Of a stretch of 64,000 nucleotides of DNA, positions 45,840 through 55,138 are shown piece by piece. The first letter of the stretch is position 1, and each line of letters starts with the position of its first letter. Both the position numbers and the translations under genes were made by a program. The notes below the pieces were generated by a model. It ran no database searches and had not been told where the DNA came from. It saw nothing but the letters and a program-made list of their open reading frames with translations. Origin of the DNA: an uncultured Candidatus Saccharibacteria bacterium (GTDB lineage Bacteria; Patescibacteriota; Minisyncoccia; Phycocordibacterales; Zambryskibacteraceae); the NCBI GenBank assembly GCA_964582295.1, contig CAZOQP010000002.1:8563-72562 (forward strand), written 5' to 3'.

Positions 45840-46163
45840 TTACTTTGATTCGAGAATTTTTCGAAGCGCTTTCCAGGTACGATCAATCCGGTTGACCAGT
45901 CTGTAGATTTGCTGACCTTTGTCAGAAAGATTGAATTGTCGGTTGTCCCAGAGAGTGCTAGTCCGCGGCTGCGTTTCGACGATCAAACTCTTCTCTTTGA
46001 GCTTGTTAATCAAATTGAACCGCGTCTTACCACCGCCAGCCTTGAAGATGGACGACGGCCCGATGAGATCTCCAATTTGAGAGGTATCGAGAGTGCCATG
46101 CTTTCCAAGCACTTCAATCACTCGAAGCTCACCTGTGGAGAGCAATTTTCCTTCAGATTCCAT
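45840..46163 (-). CDS. putative winged-helix DNA-binding protein
   Basis: 107 aa; the ...ELRVIEVLGKHGTLDTSQIGDLIG... segment resembles an HTH recognition region. Family not assignable. Confidence 0.35.
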   Translation of the reverse strand: MESEGKLLSTGELRVIEVLGKHGTLDTSQIGDLIGPSSIFKAGGGKTRFNLINKLKEKSLIVETQPRTSTLWDNRQFNLSDKGQQIYRLVNRIDRTWKALRKILESK

Positions 46164-46225
46164 TTAAAATCCTCCTTGAAGTTCTTAGGGTTTAATATCA
46201 TGTTATATAGACTGTGTCAATGGTG

Positions 46226-46297
46226 TGACCCTACCGGGAATCGAACCCGGGTTTGAAGCTTGAGAAGCTTCCGTCCTAGCCGCTAGACGATAGGGCC
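46226..46297 (-). tRNA. tRNA-Glu (anticodon CTC)
   Basis: Hand-folded cloverleaf. Acceptor GGCCCTA/TAGGGTC with one G-U pair, 3-bp D-stem typical of tRNA-Glu, anticodon loop TTCTCAA, T-arm CCGGG-TTCGATT-CCCGG. Confidence 0.8.
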
Positions 46298-46324
46298 GTG
46301 CTTTGGCAGAATAACGAATAAAGA

Positions 46325-46597
46325 ATGACGAATCAAGAAACATTTTTCACTCGCTCGGTTATAAAAGTCGTAAAATCGATTCCTAAAGGCAAAACACTTT
46401 CATATGGAGAGGTCGCTCGTCGCGCGGGTAATCCAGGTGCGGCGAGAGCCGTGGGAAGCATTATGAAAAATAATCACGATAAAAAAGTTCCGTGTCATCG
46501 TGTGATACATTCAGACGGCAGGGTGGGGGATTACAACGGTGGCGGAGAAAAACAAAAGCGCGCACTTCTCGTGAAAGAAGGCGCGCTTACCGGTTGA
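46325..46597 (+). CDS. methylated-DNA--protein-cysteine methyltransferase, stand-alone C-terminal (catalytic, DNA-binding) domain
   Basis: PCHRV active-site motif (..KKVPCHRVIHSDGRVGDY..) in a 90-aa protein. Confidence 0.7.
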   Translation: MTNQETFFTRSVIKVVKSIPKGKTLSYGEVARRAGNPGAARAVGSIMKNNHDKKVPCHRVIHSDGRVGDYNGGGEKQKRALLVKEGALTG

Positions 46598-46607
46598 TCC
46601 CGGCGGG

Positions 46608-46964
46608 TTAGCAGTTTATGTACGGGCTGCCATCGTAGCGGCGGCCGACAAAGAGGTCGTTCTGCCGCTCGCCATAAAAGGAGCATTGCTGCTGAGTTCG
46701 TCCATATCGCGTAGTGGCGACAACCAGTCCCTGCCAGTATGCCGGGCAAGAGCTCGTAGAATACGAGCAGTCCTCGCTCGGCAGGTTGAGAGGATCCATC
46801 TCAGCTTTGGCGTAGGGCGGCATCAGGACCCGCTTGGGTCCGATGTCGATCGTGACACTGTCGGCATCACTGTACGCGATGATGAAGAACGAACGATCGG
46901 TGAGCATGGTGTCGCCGCACCCGATAAGGGAAATTGCGATGAGCACTTTGATGAACTTTTTCAA
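46608..46964 (-). CDS. putative lipoprotein
   Basis: Signal peptide ending in the lipobox-like LIGC. 7 Cys in the mature part. Confidence 0.45.
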   Translation of the reverse strand: MKKFIKVLIAISLIGCGDTMLTDRSFFIIAYSDADSVTIDIGPKRVLMPPYAKAEMDPLNLPSEDCSYSTSSCPAYWQGLVVATTRYGRTQQQCSFYGERQNDLFVGRRYDGSPYINC

Positions 46965-47041
46965 TGGCGTCTCCGGTTGAGGTTGGCTGTGTCTATATAC
47001 AGTATAGCATATACTAGTATTTTGTCAAGGGGATAAAAAGC

Positions 47042-47323
47042 TTGATTTTGAGGCCTATAAAAGCGACGATAAGGAAGCAGGATTTAACCGATAATAATAA
47101 AAAATTCATGGCTCTAGATATGCCGCAGGATATGCCTGAACAGACACCTCAACAGGCAGAAGTTACGATGACAGCCGAGGAACTGGAATTACTAAGACGA
47201 GACATGCAGCCCGGGGCTGAGCCTTACAGGGTAGAAGTTAGGGAAGATAATCAATATCGTGTGTTCCGTACAAAGGACGAGTACGACGCGTATCTCGAAG
47301 GCAAACGCGAAAATTCTAGATAA
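47042..47323 (+). CDS. hypothetical small acidic protein upstream of the large ATPase
   Basis: 93 aa. Ends 37 nt before the ATPase start codon; likely co-transcribed. Confidence 0.35.
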   Translation: MILRPIKATIRKQDLTDNNKKFMALDMPQDMPEQTPQQAEVTMTAEELELLRRDMQPGAEPYRVEVREDNQYRVFRTKDEYDAYLEGKRENSR

Positions 47324-47359
47324 ATTAATATCAAAAGCTTTAACTGCTTTTGATATACT

Positions 47360-50107
47360 GTGAGAATGGAAACAGCTCCTACAAAAGAGCGGATGCTCGT
47401 GGCTGAAGAAGAGCTTGCGTATTTGCGCGGGCAATTTGAAAAGCAAAAACAAGAGAATATTTCTTCCGCAAAAATGGGAGACGAAAAAACTCTCTCTCAT
47501 GCAGTAGTGCGTTCCTATGCGGAAGCTCACCCGAGAGAACTTTGGGGTGCTGGGCACACTGCGGCTGAAACAGTAATTGCGGGGCTAGCTTTAAAGATCG
47601 CGCCTGAACCTCATGATGTTCGCATGGAAGAGCTTTACAGGGTTATTCAGACGAAAGGAATATACACAGCTCTTAAGGTGGTAGAGAAAATGAATGACCC
47701 TCATTTGGAGGACGATTTCCACCGCTTCGTGGCTGAGCTTGTGCGTGGAGCACATGGCGTAAAGGGACTAAAGGAAAAAACAGAGCTTTCCCGTTCTGTA
47801 TCGCGAGTACTTTTTGAGATATCCCTTTCACGGAATAAAGATGAAGGAGATAAGGGGGGCTCTGGGCAGGGGCTTCGCGAGCTTGTCTCAAAAATGGAGA
47901 GCATTTATGCCATTCTTCAGGGTCATGAGAAAGACAGGGAAACTATAGTTTTGGAACTTGCAAATTCTGCGGGAAATTCGGAACTGGTTTTTTATGCGGC
48001 GGTTCCCGGAACATGGGCAAACCGTTTTGAAAATGAGATACGTACTGTATATCCGGAAGCGCGGGTGAACGAACGACCGGATGATTACAATGTTTTTGCT
48101 CAAGGCGGCCACATCGCGCTTTCATCTGCAAAGCTCTCTCGTTCTGCAGCTTTGCCGCTTAAAACATTTGAGACTTTTGAGCACGACCCCATGAATCTCC
48201 TAATTGGTGCTTTCGGAAAACTTCATCATGAAAATGAAGGGGCATTAGTTCAGATAGTGGTGGGCGCAGCTTCATCTTCTTTTGAAAAAACAGTGCGAGG
48301 TAAAAAAAGTGCCATAGAAAAAGGTGCTGACCCGAAGGAAGTGCTTGCCGAAAGGGGAGTATTAAGTGAGATATTCGGCATGTTCGGAGATATGTTCAAA
48401 AATTCGGGTGGAAAAAAGAAAGAGGAGAAAGAAAGTTCACTTCAAAAACATGCAGCAGTTCTACAAAAACTTGAGAGTAAATTGGCAAGGCCTATAAGCA
48501 CTGTGTGGATGCGCGTCGCGGCATCCGCCGCGACGCGCGAGCGCGCGGAAGCCATTGGACGCGACATTGAATCCTCTTTCAGACAATTCAGCGAACCCAC
48601 AGGCAATGAAATAATTTTCAAAAAAGTGCGCCCAAGGGAAATGCGCCGCGCCGTGAGGGCCATTTCCTTTCGGTTGCCGTCTTTTGGCGACGCTTTGTAT
48701 TTGAACACTGCTGAACTTGCAACCATTTTCCATTTTGAAAGCGCCGGCCTTACAGCATCCCCAACCCTCAAAACAGCGCAGTCTGTTTCCCATGCCGCAC
48801 CCCTTGATGTTCCAAAAGAGGGAATACTTATGGGGGTGAACGGAACGGCCCCCGATCAGAAAGAAATTTTCCTTGCAGACACAGATCGCCTGCGCCATTT
48901 GTATGTCATAGGCCAGACAGGAACCGGAAAATCAACGCTTCTTAAAAACATAGTTATTCAGGATGTGGAGCGCGGTCATGGCGTGTGCTTCATAGACCCG
49001 CATGGTTCGGATATTGAAGAAATACTTTCCCGTATTCCGCCTGAACGCCAAAAAGATGTCATTTATTTTGACCCAGCCAATCTTGAATATCCGATAGCCC
49101 TCAACATGCTTGAATACGATGCACGTTTTCCTGAACAAAAAACTTTCGTAGTGAACGAGCTCTTCGCAATATTCCAGAAATTGTACGGAGCTGTCCCTGA
49201 ATCAATGGGGCCCATGTTTGAGCAGTATTTCAGGAATGCTACTCTGCTTACTATTGAAGATCCTGAATCCGGCTCAACACTTCTTCATGTGTCACGAGTG
49301 CTTGCAGACAAGGCGTATCGCGAACATAAACTATCCAGATGCAAAAACCCAGTAGTGGTTTCTTTCTGGAAGGAAATAGCTGCAAAAGCGGGAGGGGAGG
49401 CCTCACTTGCGAATATCGTTCCCTATATCACTTCTAAATTTGATGTCTTCCTTGCGAACGACTATATGCGCCCTATCATCTCTCAAGAAAAGTCGTCTCT
49501 TCGTTTCCGCGAGATAATAGATGAAAAGAAAATTCTTTTAGTGAACCTTTCCAAGGGCCGCCTGGGCGAGATAAATAGCAATCTTCTTGGTCTTATTATC
49601 GTTGGCAAACTTCTGATGGCCGCTCTTTCACGTGTTGACGTTTCAGCAGATACGCGAAATCCTTTCCATTTGGTGATAGATGAATTCCAGAATGTTACGA
49701 CAGATTCCCTAGCGACTATTTTTTCCGAGGCCAGGAAATACGCGCTGTCTCTTACAGTCGCACATCAATACATCGCCCAACTGACGGAAAATATCAGCAA
49801 AGCGGTTTTTGGCAACGTGGGAACACTGGCGATCTTCCGAGTAGGCACGGATGATGCAGAGTATTTGGAAAAACAATTATCTCCGGCTTTTGGGGCGGCA
49901 GACCTGGCGAATCTTCCGAACGGCATGGCGGCATTGAAAATATTAGCGAACGGCATACCCCTTCCGCCTTTTGATATTCATACCTTCGGATTTGCGAAAG
50001 GGAATAGCGACGGGCAGGCGCTCAAAGAAGCATCTGCACATAAATATGGCACTCCACGAGAGGAGGTTGATAAGATCATAAACTCGTCTTTCACCCCTGC
50101 TTCTTAA
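47360..50107 (+). CDS. large soluble P-loop NTPase of the FtsK/HerA/TraG-VirD4-VirB4 superfamily with an unrecognised ~500-aa N-terminal region
   Basis: Walker A YVIGQTGTGKSTLL at about residue 520, CFIDPHG, Walker B HLVIDEFQNV, then ...SLTVAHQYIAQL... No TM segments. N-terminal half has no motif I can assign. Confidence 0.6.
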   Translation: MRMETAPTKERMLVAEEELAYLRGQFEKQKQENISSAKMGDEKTLSHAVVRSYAEAHPRELWGAGHTAAETVIAGLALKIAPEPHDVRMEELYRVIQTKGIYTALKVVEKMNDPHLEDDFHRFVAELVRGAHGVKGLKEKTELSRSVSRVLFEISLSRNKDEGDKGGSGQGLRELVSKMESIYAILQGHEKDRETIVLELANSAGNSELVFYAAVPGTWANRFENEIRTVYPEARVNERPDDYNVFAQGGHIALSSAKLSRSAALPLKTFETFEHDPMNLLIGAFGKLHHENEGALVQIVVGAASSSFEKTVRGKKSAIEKGADPKEVLAERGVLSEIFGMFGDMFKNSGGKKKEEKESSLQKHAAVLQKLESKLARPISTVWMRVAASAATRERAEAIGRDIESSFRQFSEPTGNEIIFKKVRPREMRRAVRAISFRLPSFGDALYLNTAELATIFHFESAGLTASPTLKTAQSVSHAAPLDVPKEGILMGVNGTAPDQKEIFLADTDRLRHLYVIGQTGTGKSTLLKNIVIQDVERGHGVCFIDPHGSDIEEILSRIPPERQKDVIYFDPANLEYPIALNMLEYDARFPEQKTFVVNELFAIFQKLYGAVPESMGPMFEQYFRNATLLTIEDPESGSTLLHVSRVLADKAYREHKLSRCKNPVVVSFWKEIAAKAGGEASLANIVPYITSKFDVFLANDYMRPIISQEKSSLRFREIIDEKKILLVNLSKGRLGEINSNLLGLIIVGKLLMAALSRVDVSADTRNPFHLVIDEFQNVTTDSLATIFSEARKYALSLTVAHQYIAQLTENISKAVFGNVGTLAIFRVGTDDAEYLEKQLSPAFGAADLANLPNGMAALKILANGIPLPPFDIHTFGFAKGNSDGQALKEASAHKYGTPREEVDKIINSSFTPAS

Positions 50108-50112
50108 AGAAT

Positions 50113-50150
50113 TGTGTCATTCCAACATTCTCAAGAATGTTGGAATGACA
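50113..50150. repeat. perfect 18-bp-arm palindrome immediately after the ATPase stop codon
   Basis: gtgtcattccaacattct-ca-agaatgttggaatgacac. No T-run on the plus strand. Confidence 0.5.
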
Positions 50151-50160
50151 CTTGTATACA

Positions 50161-50204
50161 ATAAAAACAGGCAAAACAAAACGGAGGGGTTGTTTTCCCT
50201 CCGT
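50161..50204 (-). terminator. intrinsic terminator for the 50505-50215 gene
   Basis: acggaggg-gttgtttt-ccctccgt, followed on the minus strand by tttgttttgcctgttttt. Confidence 0.5.
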
Positions 50205-50214
50205 CTCTGTTCCT

Positions 50215-50505
50215 TCATCTGTTGCAGAGGGCGATTGCCTCCTGCACGTACTTCTCGCGGCGAGCCGGAACAACTTCCTTCTCCGCCCTTCGCATATTCT
50301 CATCAAACATCTGAAGCATTGCACCTGTGACAATCTCGTCGTGAGTGTCGCTTCCATCAGGGAAACCCATGAGCTCCTCTACCGCGCGCGGTAGAGCAGT
50401 GATTTCCTCATGCGAGCTTCTTGCGCTGGCGAGTTTTTCCCGTGCCAGCTTCTTCACCCTTTCTTTCGTAACCTCGTCGAGGGCAGTCCACGCCGTCGTG
50501 GTCAT
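50215..50505 (-). CDS. hypothetical protein (96 aa)
   Basis: Intact ORF with a terminator downstream. No motif. Confidence 0.35.
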   Translation of the reverse strand: MTTTAWTALDEVTKERVKKLAREKLASARSSHEEITALPRAVEELMGFPDGSDTHDEIVTGAMLQMFDENMRRAEKEVVPARREKYVQEAIALCNR

Positions 50506-50619
50506 ATTCTCCTCCGGTTCAGGTGTAATGTCGTGCGGGAGCTTTCTAGATGAGTACTATACACCCCTAGCATGTATTTGTCAAGTGAAAAATAGGAATT
50601 TTATAAAAAATAGCTTACT

Positions 50620-51078
50620 TTAGCTCTGAAATAGGGACTCCACTACCACTTTTACGTCTGAACCGTCCGCACTACCCTTAGTTTCTTTCATTACTGCACC
50701 CATAAGTATCCCCATTTTTGTTTTGTCTGTAATACCAAGCTCTTGTTTCTTCGCTTCGGCTATTTTAATGATCTCTTCGCGGCTCATTTGAGCTGGAAGA
50801 TAGGAAGAAATTATATCCAATTCCTTTTTCTCGGCGTCGGCTAGATCGGCTCGGCCGGCTTTGGAGAATTGCTCTAAGGAATCTTTTCGCTGATTTGCAA
50901 GGCGCTTCATCACTGTGAGAGCGATGTCGTCTGGCACAGCTTCATTTGGCTTCTTTCCTTTTGACACTAGTTCGTTAGTGAACCCCGCAATGAGACTGCG
51001 AAGAGTGGTGGTTCGCATGGAATCTTTGGAGCGCATGGCCTCCAAAAGGTCACTTTTTATCCTTTCTTCAAATGTCAT
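50620..51078 (-). CDS. GatB/YqeY domain protein
   Basis: ...IKSDLLEAMRSKDS...LRSLIAGF... N-terminus and overall 150-aa helical pattern of the YqeY family. Confidence 0.65.
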   Translation of the reverse strand: MTFEERIKSDLLEAMRSKDSMRTTTLRSLIAGFTNELVSKGKKPNEAVPDDIALTVMKRLANQRKDSLEQFSKAGRADLADAEKKELDIISSYLPAQMSREEIIKIAEAKKQELGITDKTKMGILMGAVMKETKGSADGSDVKVVVESLFQS

Positions 51079-51112
51079 ATGGGCATTTTAGCATATTTGA
51101 TATAATGACCGT

Positions 51113-52156
51113 ATGACGACGCTTCTTATTACGCTCGTGGGACTAATGCTTCTCATTCAGCTCGCGGTTTTTTGGCGAATGTCGCAAGGAAAAAAAGATG
51201 CGGGGCCGGAGGGGTTGATGCTTCTTCAAAACCAGCTTTCCCATCTCACTAAATCTATAGATGAACGCCTTTCCGATTCTGCCCGCACGATGTTTGACAC
51301 AGTGGAAAAGCAGACCGACCAATCCATGAAAATAATCCGTGATGTAACGGAGCGCTTGACGAAGATAGATGAGACAAGTAAGCAGTTCACATCTTTTGCC
51401 GCGCAACTTCAGGACCTGCAGGATGTTCTGAAGAACCCGAAGCAGAGGGGGATTTTAGGGGAATATTATCTGGAAACTCTTTTGAAAAATGTTCTGCCAC
51501 CAGATGGATATGCCATGCAGTACGCTTTCAAGGACGGCACGGTGGTTGATGCGGCGGTTTTCGTGAAGGAAAGGATAATTCCTGTTGACTCAAAATTTTC
51601 GCTCGACAACTACCGCAGGGTGCTTGAGGAAAAGGACGAAAACCGCCGCAAGGAGCTTGAAAAACTTTTTGTGAACGATCTCAAGCTTCGCATCAGCGAA
51701 ACTGCAAAATACATAAAGCCGGCCGAAGGCACCATGGATTTTGCTTTCATGTTTATTCCACATGAAGCTATTTATTACGATCTCCTGGTGAATAAAGTGG
51801 GGGAGATAACAGAAGAAACAGAAAATCTCATAGAACGGGCAGCGCGCAAATATCACGTTATCATCGTCTCGCCGACATCATTCCTTGCATACCTTCAGAC
51901 CGTTCTTCAGGGATTACGCTCGCTTCAGGTGGAGGAGACGGCGAAAGAGATAATAAAAAATGTGGACGATTTGCGGAAGCACCTTGCGGCTTATTCCGAA
52001 TATCACAACAAGCTCGGAGTAGCTTTGGGAACTGTGGTGAACCACTACGGAAAATCCTCAAGCGAGTTCAAAAAGATAGACAAGGACGTTTTGCGTATTA
52101 CCGAAGAGCGTATAGGTATTACTTTGCCTGAAATAGAAAGGCCGGAAGTGGAGTAA
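51113..52156 (+). CDS. rmuC: DNA recombination protein RmuC
   Basis: N-terminal TM, long coiled coil, and the C-terminal RmuC nuclease-like domain (..FMFIPHEAIYYDLL..). Confidence 0.75.
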   Translation: MTTLLITLVGLMLLIQLAVFWRMSQGKKDAGPEGLMLLQNQLSHLTKSIDERLSDSARTMFDTVEKQTDQSMKIIRDVTERLTKIDETSKQFTSFAAQLQDLQDVLKNPKQRGILGEYYLETLLKNVLPPDGYAMQYAFKDGTVVDAAVFVKERIIPVDSKFSLDNYRRVLEEKDENRRKELEKLFVNDLKLRISETAKYIKPAEGTMDFAFMFIPHEAIYYDLLVNKVGEITEETENLIERAARKYHVIIVSPTSFLAYLQTVLQGLRSLQVEETAKEIIKNVDDLRKHLAAYSEYHNKLGVALGTVVNHYGKSSSEFKKIDKDVLRITEERIGITLPEIERPEVE

Positions 52157-52160
52157 GAAG

Positions 52161-52267
52161 GCGCTCGGCGTGTTGCCGAAAAGGGTACGCATAAAAATCT
52201 GCTGATTTTTTGCTCACTCTCAAACCGTCGTTTTCCGAGAGCCCCTTTTCGGCAGCACCCCTCGCTT
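52161..52267. repeat. intergenic palindromic repeat element, family member D (about 107 bp, CGCTC/TCGCT-bounded)
   Basis: Starts 5 nt after the rmuC stop. The central 35 nt (gtacgcataaaaatctgctgattttttgctcac) are identical to member B. The arms differ from B but remain mutually complementary (ggcgtgttgccgaaaaggg / cccttttcggcagcacccc). Confidence 0.7.
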
Positions 52268-52359
52268 CAAATCAAAGATACGTACAGTACCCTAAATCTG
52301 CCATAAGTGGCGGATTGAGGGGTTGTTTTTATGGGGGATTTGTGTAGAATAATCGTCCT

Positions 52360-52731
52360 ATGTCAGAGATTAAAAAGACAGCTAAAAAGACCCCAAAAGC
52401 AGCCCGTAAGCCGGTAGGTGTGGGTGCATTTGCTGTTGTGGAGACGGGAGGGAAGCAGTATATCGTCCGTTCCGGGCAGACTCTAAAGATAGAGAAACTT
52501 GAAGCGAAGGAAGGGGATAAAGTCACTTTTGATAATGTACTTCTCCATTCCGATGGCGCTGCTGTTTCCGTGGGTGCTCCTCATGTAACGGGTGTGAAAG
52601 TGGAAGCTACTGTGCTCGGTCAGGGGCGTGCAAAGAAAATTTTGGTAATGAAATACAGACCGAAGTCTCGCTATATGAAAAGGAATGGGCATCGTCAACC
52701 TTTCACTGAAGTAGAGATCACTACTGTTTAA
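52360..52731 (+). CDS. rplU: 50S ribosomal protein L21 (bL21) with a basic N-terminal extension
   Basis: ...FAVVETGGKQYIVRSGQTLKIEKLEAKEGDKVTFDNVLL...KKILVMKYRPKS... Confidence 0.9.
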   Translation: MSEIKKTAKKTPKAARKPVGVGAFAVVETGGKQYIVRSGQTLKIEKLEAKEGDKVTFDNVLLHSDGAAVSVGAPHVTGVKVEATVLGQGRAKKILVMKYRPKSRYMKRNGHRQPFTEVEITTV

Positions 52732-52816
52732 TAGTCTCCATAAATGCATAATCCCCAACCGAAGTAGGGGATTATGCATTTATATTAACGACAGAACTCT
52801 CTTTTTCTTACAATCA

Positions 52817-53032
52817 CTATGCGGCTCTCTGCTGGTCAGGATTTTCGTCAAGATTTGCAGTGATTCTGTTCGCTATTATGTCTTCCTCTATTCTTATTTG
52901 ATCCTCACTTACTCCTCTCTTTTGCATTTCGGCCCTTTTTTGTTCATCAAAGCGAAAACGCCTTTTGTTGGGCTGTTCACTAAATGGAATATTGTCCGGA
53001 GGCAAGCCTTCAAATGGTTGTTCTATAGCCAT
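52817..53032 (-). CDS. hypothetical small acidic protein downstream of recR
   Basis: 71 aa. Starts 10 nt after the recR stop. Confidence 0.35.
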   Translation of the reverse strand: MAIEQPFEGLPPDNIPFSEQPNKRRFRFDEQKRAEMQKRGVSEDQIRIEEDIIANRITANLDENPDQQRAA

Positions 53033-53041
53033 GCCTTTATT

Positions 53042-53662
53042 TTACCTCACTGATCTTCGCCCTGCAATTGCATTTTTCAGGGTCTCCGGATCAGCATATT
53101 CAAGCTCTGTACCTGTGGAAAGTCCTCGGCCGAGGGAGGTCATCTTGAGGTCGGGGAATTCGGCCTTCAGGCGGCCTGCGAGCCATCCTATAGTGAAGTC
53201 ACCATCTGGTGTGAGGTCTGAAGCCAGGATGATCTCTAAAAGGCCGGGACCAAGGCCTTTTACACGCTCTATAAGCTCCCGCAGGCGCACTTTTCTCTCC
53301 GGGGTGTCATCGAGCACAGAAAGAGTGTTGCCGAGTATGAAATAAAGACCTTTATATGCGCCACTTCCTTCTAAGTGCAAAAAGTCGCTGTCGCGTGGGA
53401 CCACGAGAAGGGAAGTCTTATCGCGTGAATCGTCGGCACAGGTGCGGCATATGATTTTTTCCCGGGTACCGGAAATAGGGAAGATCCGAAAACACTGACT
53501 ACAGGTTCCGAGTCCTGCTTTAAGGTCGTTTATATGAGATGCGAGGCGGGAAAGAAATTGAGGAGATTCATGTGCCAGGAAATATGCGAAGCGCTTGGCC
53601 TGCTTGGGGCCTATGCCGGGGAATTTGCGAAACATTTCTTCCAGGTCTTCAAAGGGGCTCAT
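53042..53662 (-). CDS. recR: recombination protein RecR
   Basis: HhH N-terminus, C4 zinc finger (CSQC...CRTC), and a Toprim domain. Confidence 0.9.
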   Translation of the reverse strand: MSPFEDLEEMFRKFPGIGPKQAKRFAYFLAHESPQFLSRLASHINDLKAGLGTCSQCFRIFPISGTREKIICRTCADDSRDKTSLLVVPRDSDFLHLEGSGAYKGLYFILGNTLSVLDDTPERKVRLRELIERVKGLGPGLLEIILASDLTPDGDFTIGWLAGRLKAEFPDLKMTSLGRGLSTGTELEYADPETLKNAIAGRRSVR

Positions 53663-53673
53663 AAGGAGCTATT

Positions 53674-55062
53674 TTACATTGTTTCGAACTCTTCTTCCGC
53701 CCCTCCGTAATTAGCGCGGTCTATTTCCACAAAAGATGTTTTCTGGTTATCAAACTGCATAAGCACAGAACCCACAGGACCGTTTCGGTGCTTGGCGATA
53801 ATTATTTTCTTTTCTGTCATTTGCTCGCGTCGGTTGTGCTCATCTTTCTTATCATCTCCGTGAATGAACATCACCACGTCAGCATCTTGTTCAATGGAAC
53901 CTGAATCGCGGAGGTCTGAAAGGCGCGGCTCGCCGCCTCTTTTTTCCACATCACGGGAAAGCTGGGAAAGGGCAAGGATGGGAATGTGCAATTCACGTGC
54001 CAAATGTTTGAGTGAGCGGGATATTTCCGTTACCTGTTGAACAAGTGAATCATGAGCGCGTGCATTGCCGGGCACCATAAGTTGAAGGTAATCAACAATG
54101 AGGAGCTTCAGGTCTTTTTCCATTTTCAATTTTCGAGCGGCCGAGCGCATACGCATTATGGTGTTGCCCGGCTGATCATCTATGTAAATGGGGGCATTGG
54201 AGAGTTCGCCGAGAGCATTTCGGAGGGCCACGAACTGGTCTCCTTTTATGCGCCCACGGCGAAGCATCCATGAATCCAGGCGAGATTGGGCGGCCATGAT
54301 GCGGTCCACAAGCTGATGTGAGCTCATTTCAAGAGAGAATATGCCGACAGATGTGCCGTGCTCCACGGCGGTGCGACGGGCGATATCCAAAGCAAGTGAT
54401 GTTTTACCGACCGATGGTCTTGCGGCGAGTATTATGAGGTCTGAAGGCTGGAAGCCGGCCAGGAGATTATCAAGACCTTTGAAGCCGGTTGGAACACCGC
54501 GCAATTCCTGGGGCGAATTAGATAGATGTTCAAGGCGTTCATATGCCTGATGAAGGAGGGGGCGGAGTTCTTTGAAATTTTGATTTAGGGAATATTTTTG
54601 AGTAACATCAAAAACTCTTTTCTCTGCTTCGTCCAAGAGACTTTCAAGCTCCGCCGCTTCGTCAAAGCCAAGACGCGTCACATGGTCGGCGGCTTCTATG
54701 AGAAGGCGCATCAAATGTTTCTTCTGGATTATCTCCGCATAGTGACGCGCATTCGCGGCAGTGGGAACACCTTGGGATATTTCACCGAGATAATGCCTGC
54801 CGCCTATGGCTTCCAGAAATCCTTTACTCTCAAGCCGTTCGGAAAGGGAAATGAGGTCAATAGGTTCGCGCTTGTTCATTAGTTCAAGCATCATTTCAAA
54901 AATGCGCGCGTGCTTATCGGCATAAAAAGAAGCAGGAGTAACAAGATCTATTATTTCGTAAAGAGCTTCAGGCCGCAGGAACACCGAACCGATAAGGGCT
55001 CTTTCCGCATCAAGAGATTGAGGGGGCACTCGCACGAATTGAGGACTATCTGCCATGTGCAA
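53674..55062 (-). CDS. dnaB: replicative DNA helicase DnaB
   Basis: N-terminal DnaB domain. Walker A ARPSVGKTSLALDIA, Walker B LLIVDYLQLM, and the arginine finger region. Confidence 0.9.
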   Translation of the reverse strand: MHMADSPQFVRVPPQSLDAERALIGSVFLRPEALYEIIDLVTPASFYADKHARIFEMMLELMNKREPIDLISLSERLESKGFLEAIGGRHYLGEISQGVPTAANARHYAEIIQKKHLMRLLIEAADHVTRLGFDEAAELESLLDEAEKRVFDVTQKYSLNQNFKELRPLLHQAYERLEHLSNSPQELRGVPTGFKGLDNLLAGFQPSDLIILAARPSVGKTSLALDIARRTAVEHGTSVGIFSLEMSSHQLVDRIMAAQSRLDSWMLRRGRIKGDQFVALRNALGELSNAPIYIDDQPGNTIMRMRSAARKLKMEKDLKLLIVDYLQLMVPGNARAHDSLVQQVTEISRSLKHLARELHIPILALSQLSRDVEKRGGEPRLSDLRDSGSIEQDADVVMFIHGDDKKDEHNRREQMTEKKIIIAKHRNGPVGSVLMQFDNQKTSFVEIDRANYGGAEEEFETM

Positions 55063-55138
55063 ACTATAAATGAAGGTAAGACCCTAGCAAAGCCGTTAAA
55101 AGTGGGGAAGGTGTGCGTAGGATGGGGAAAGCCCGGCT

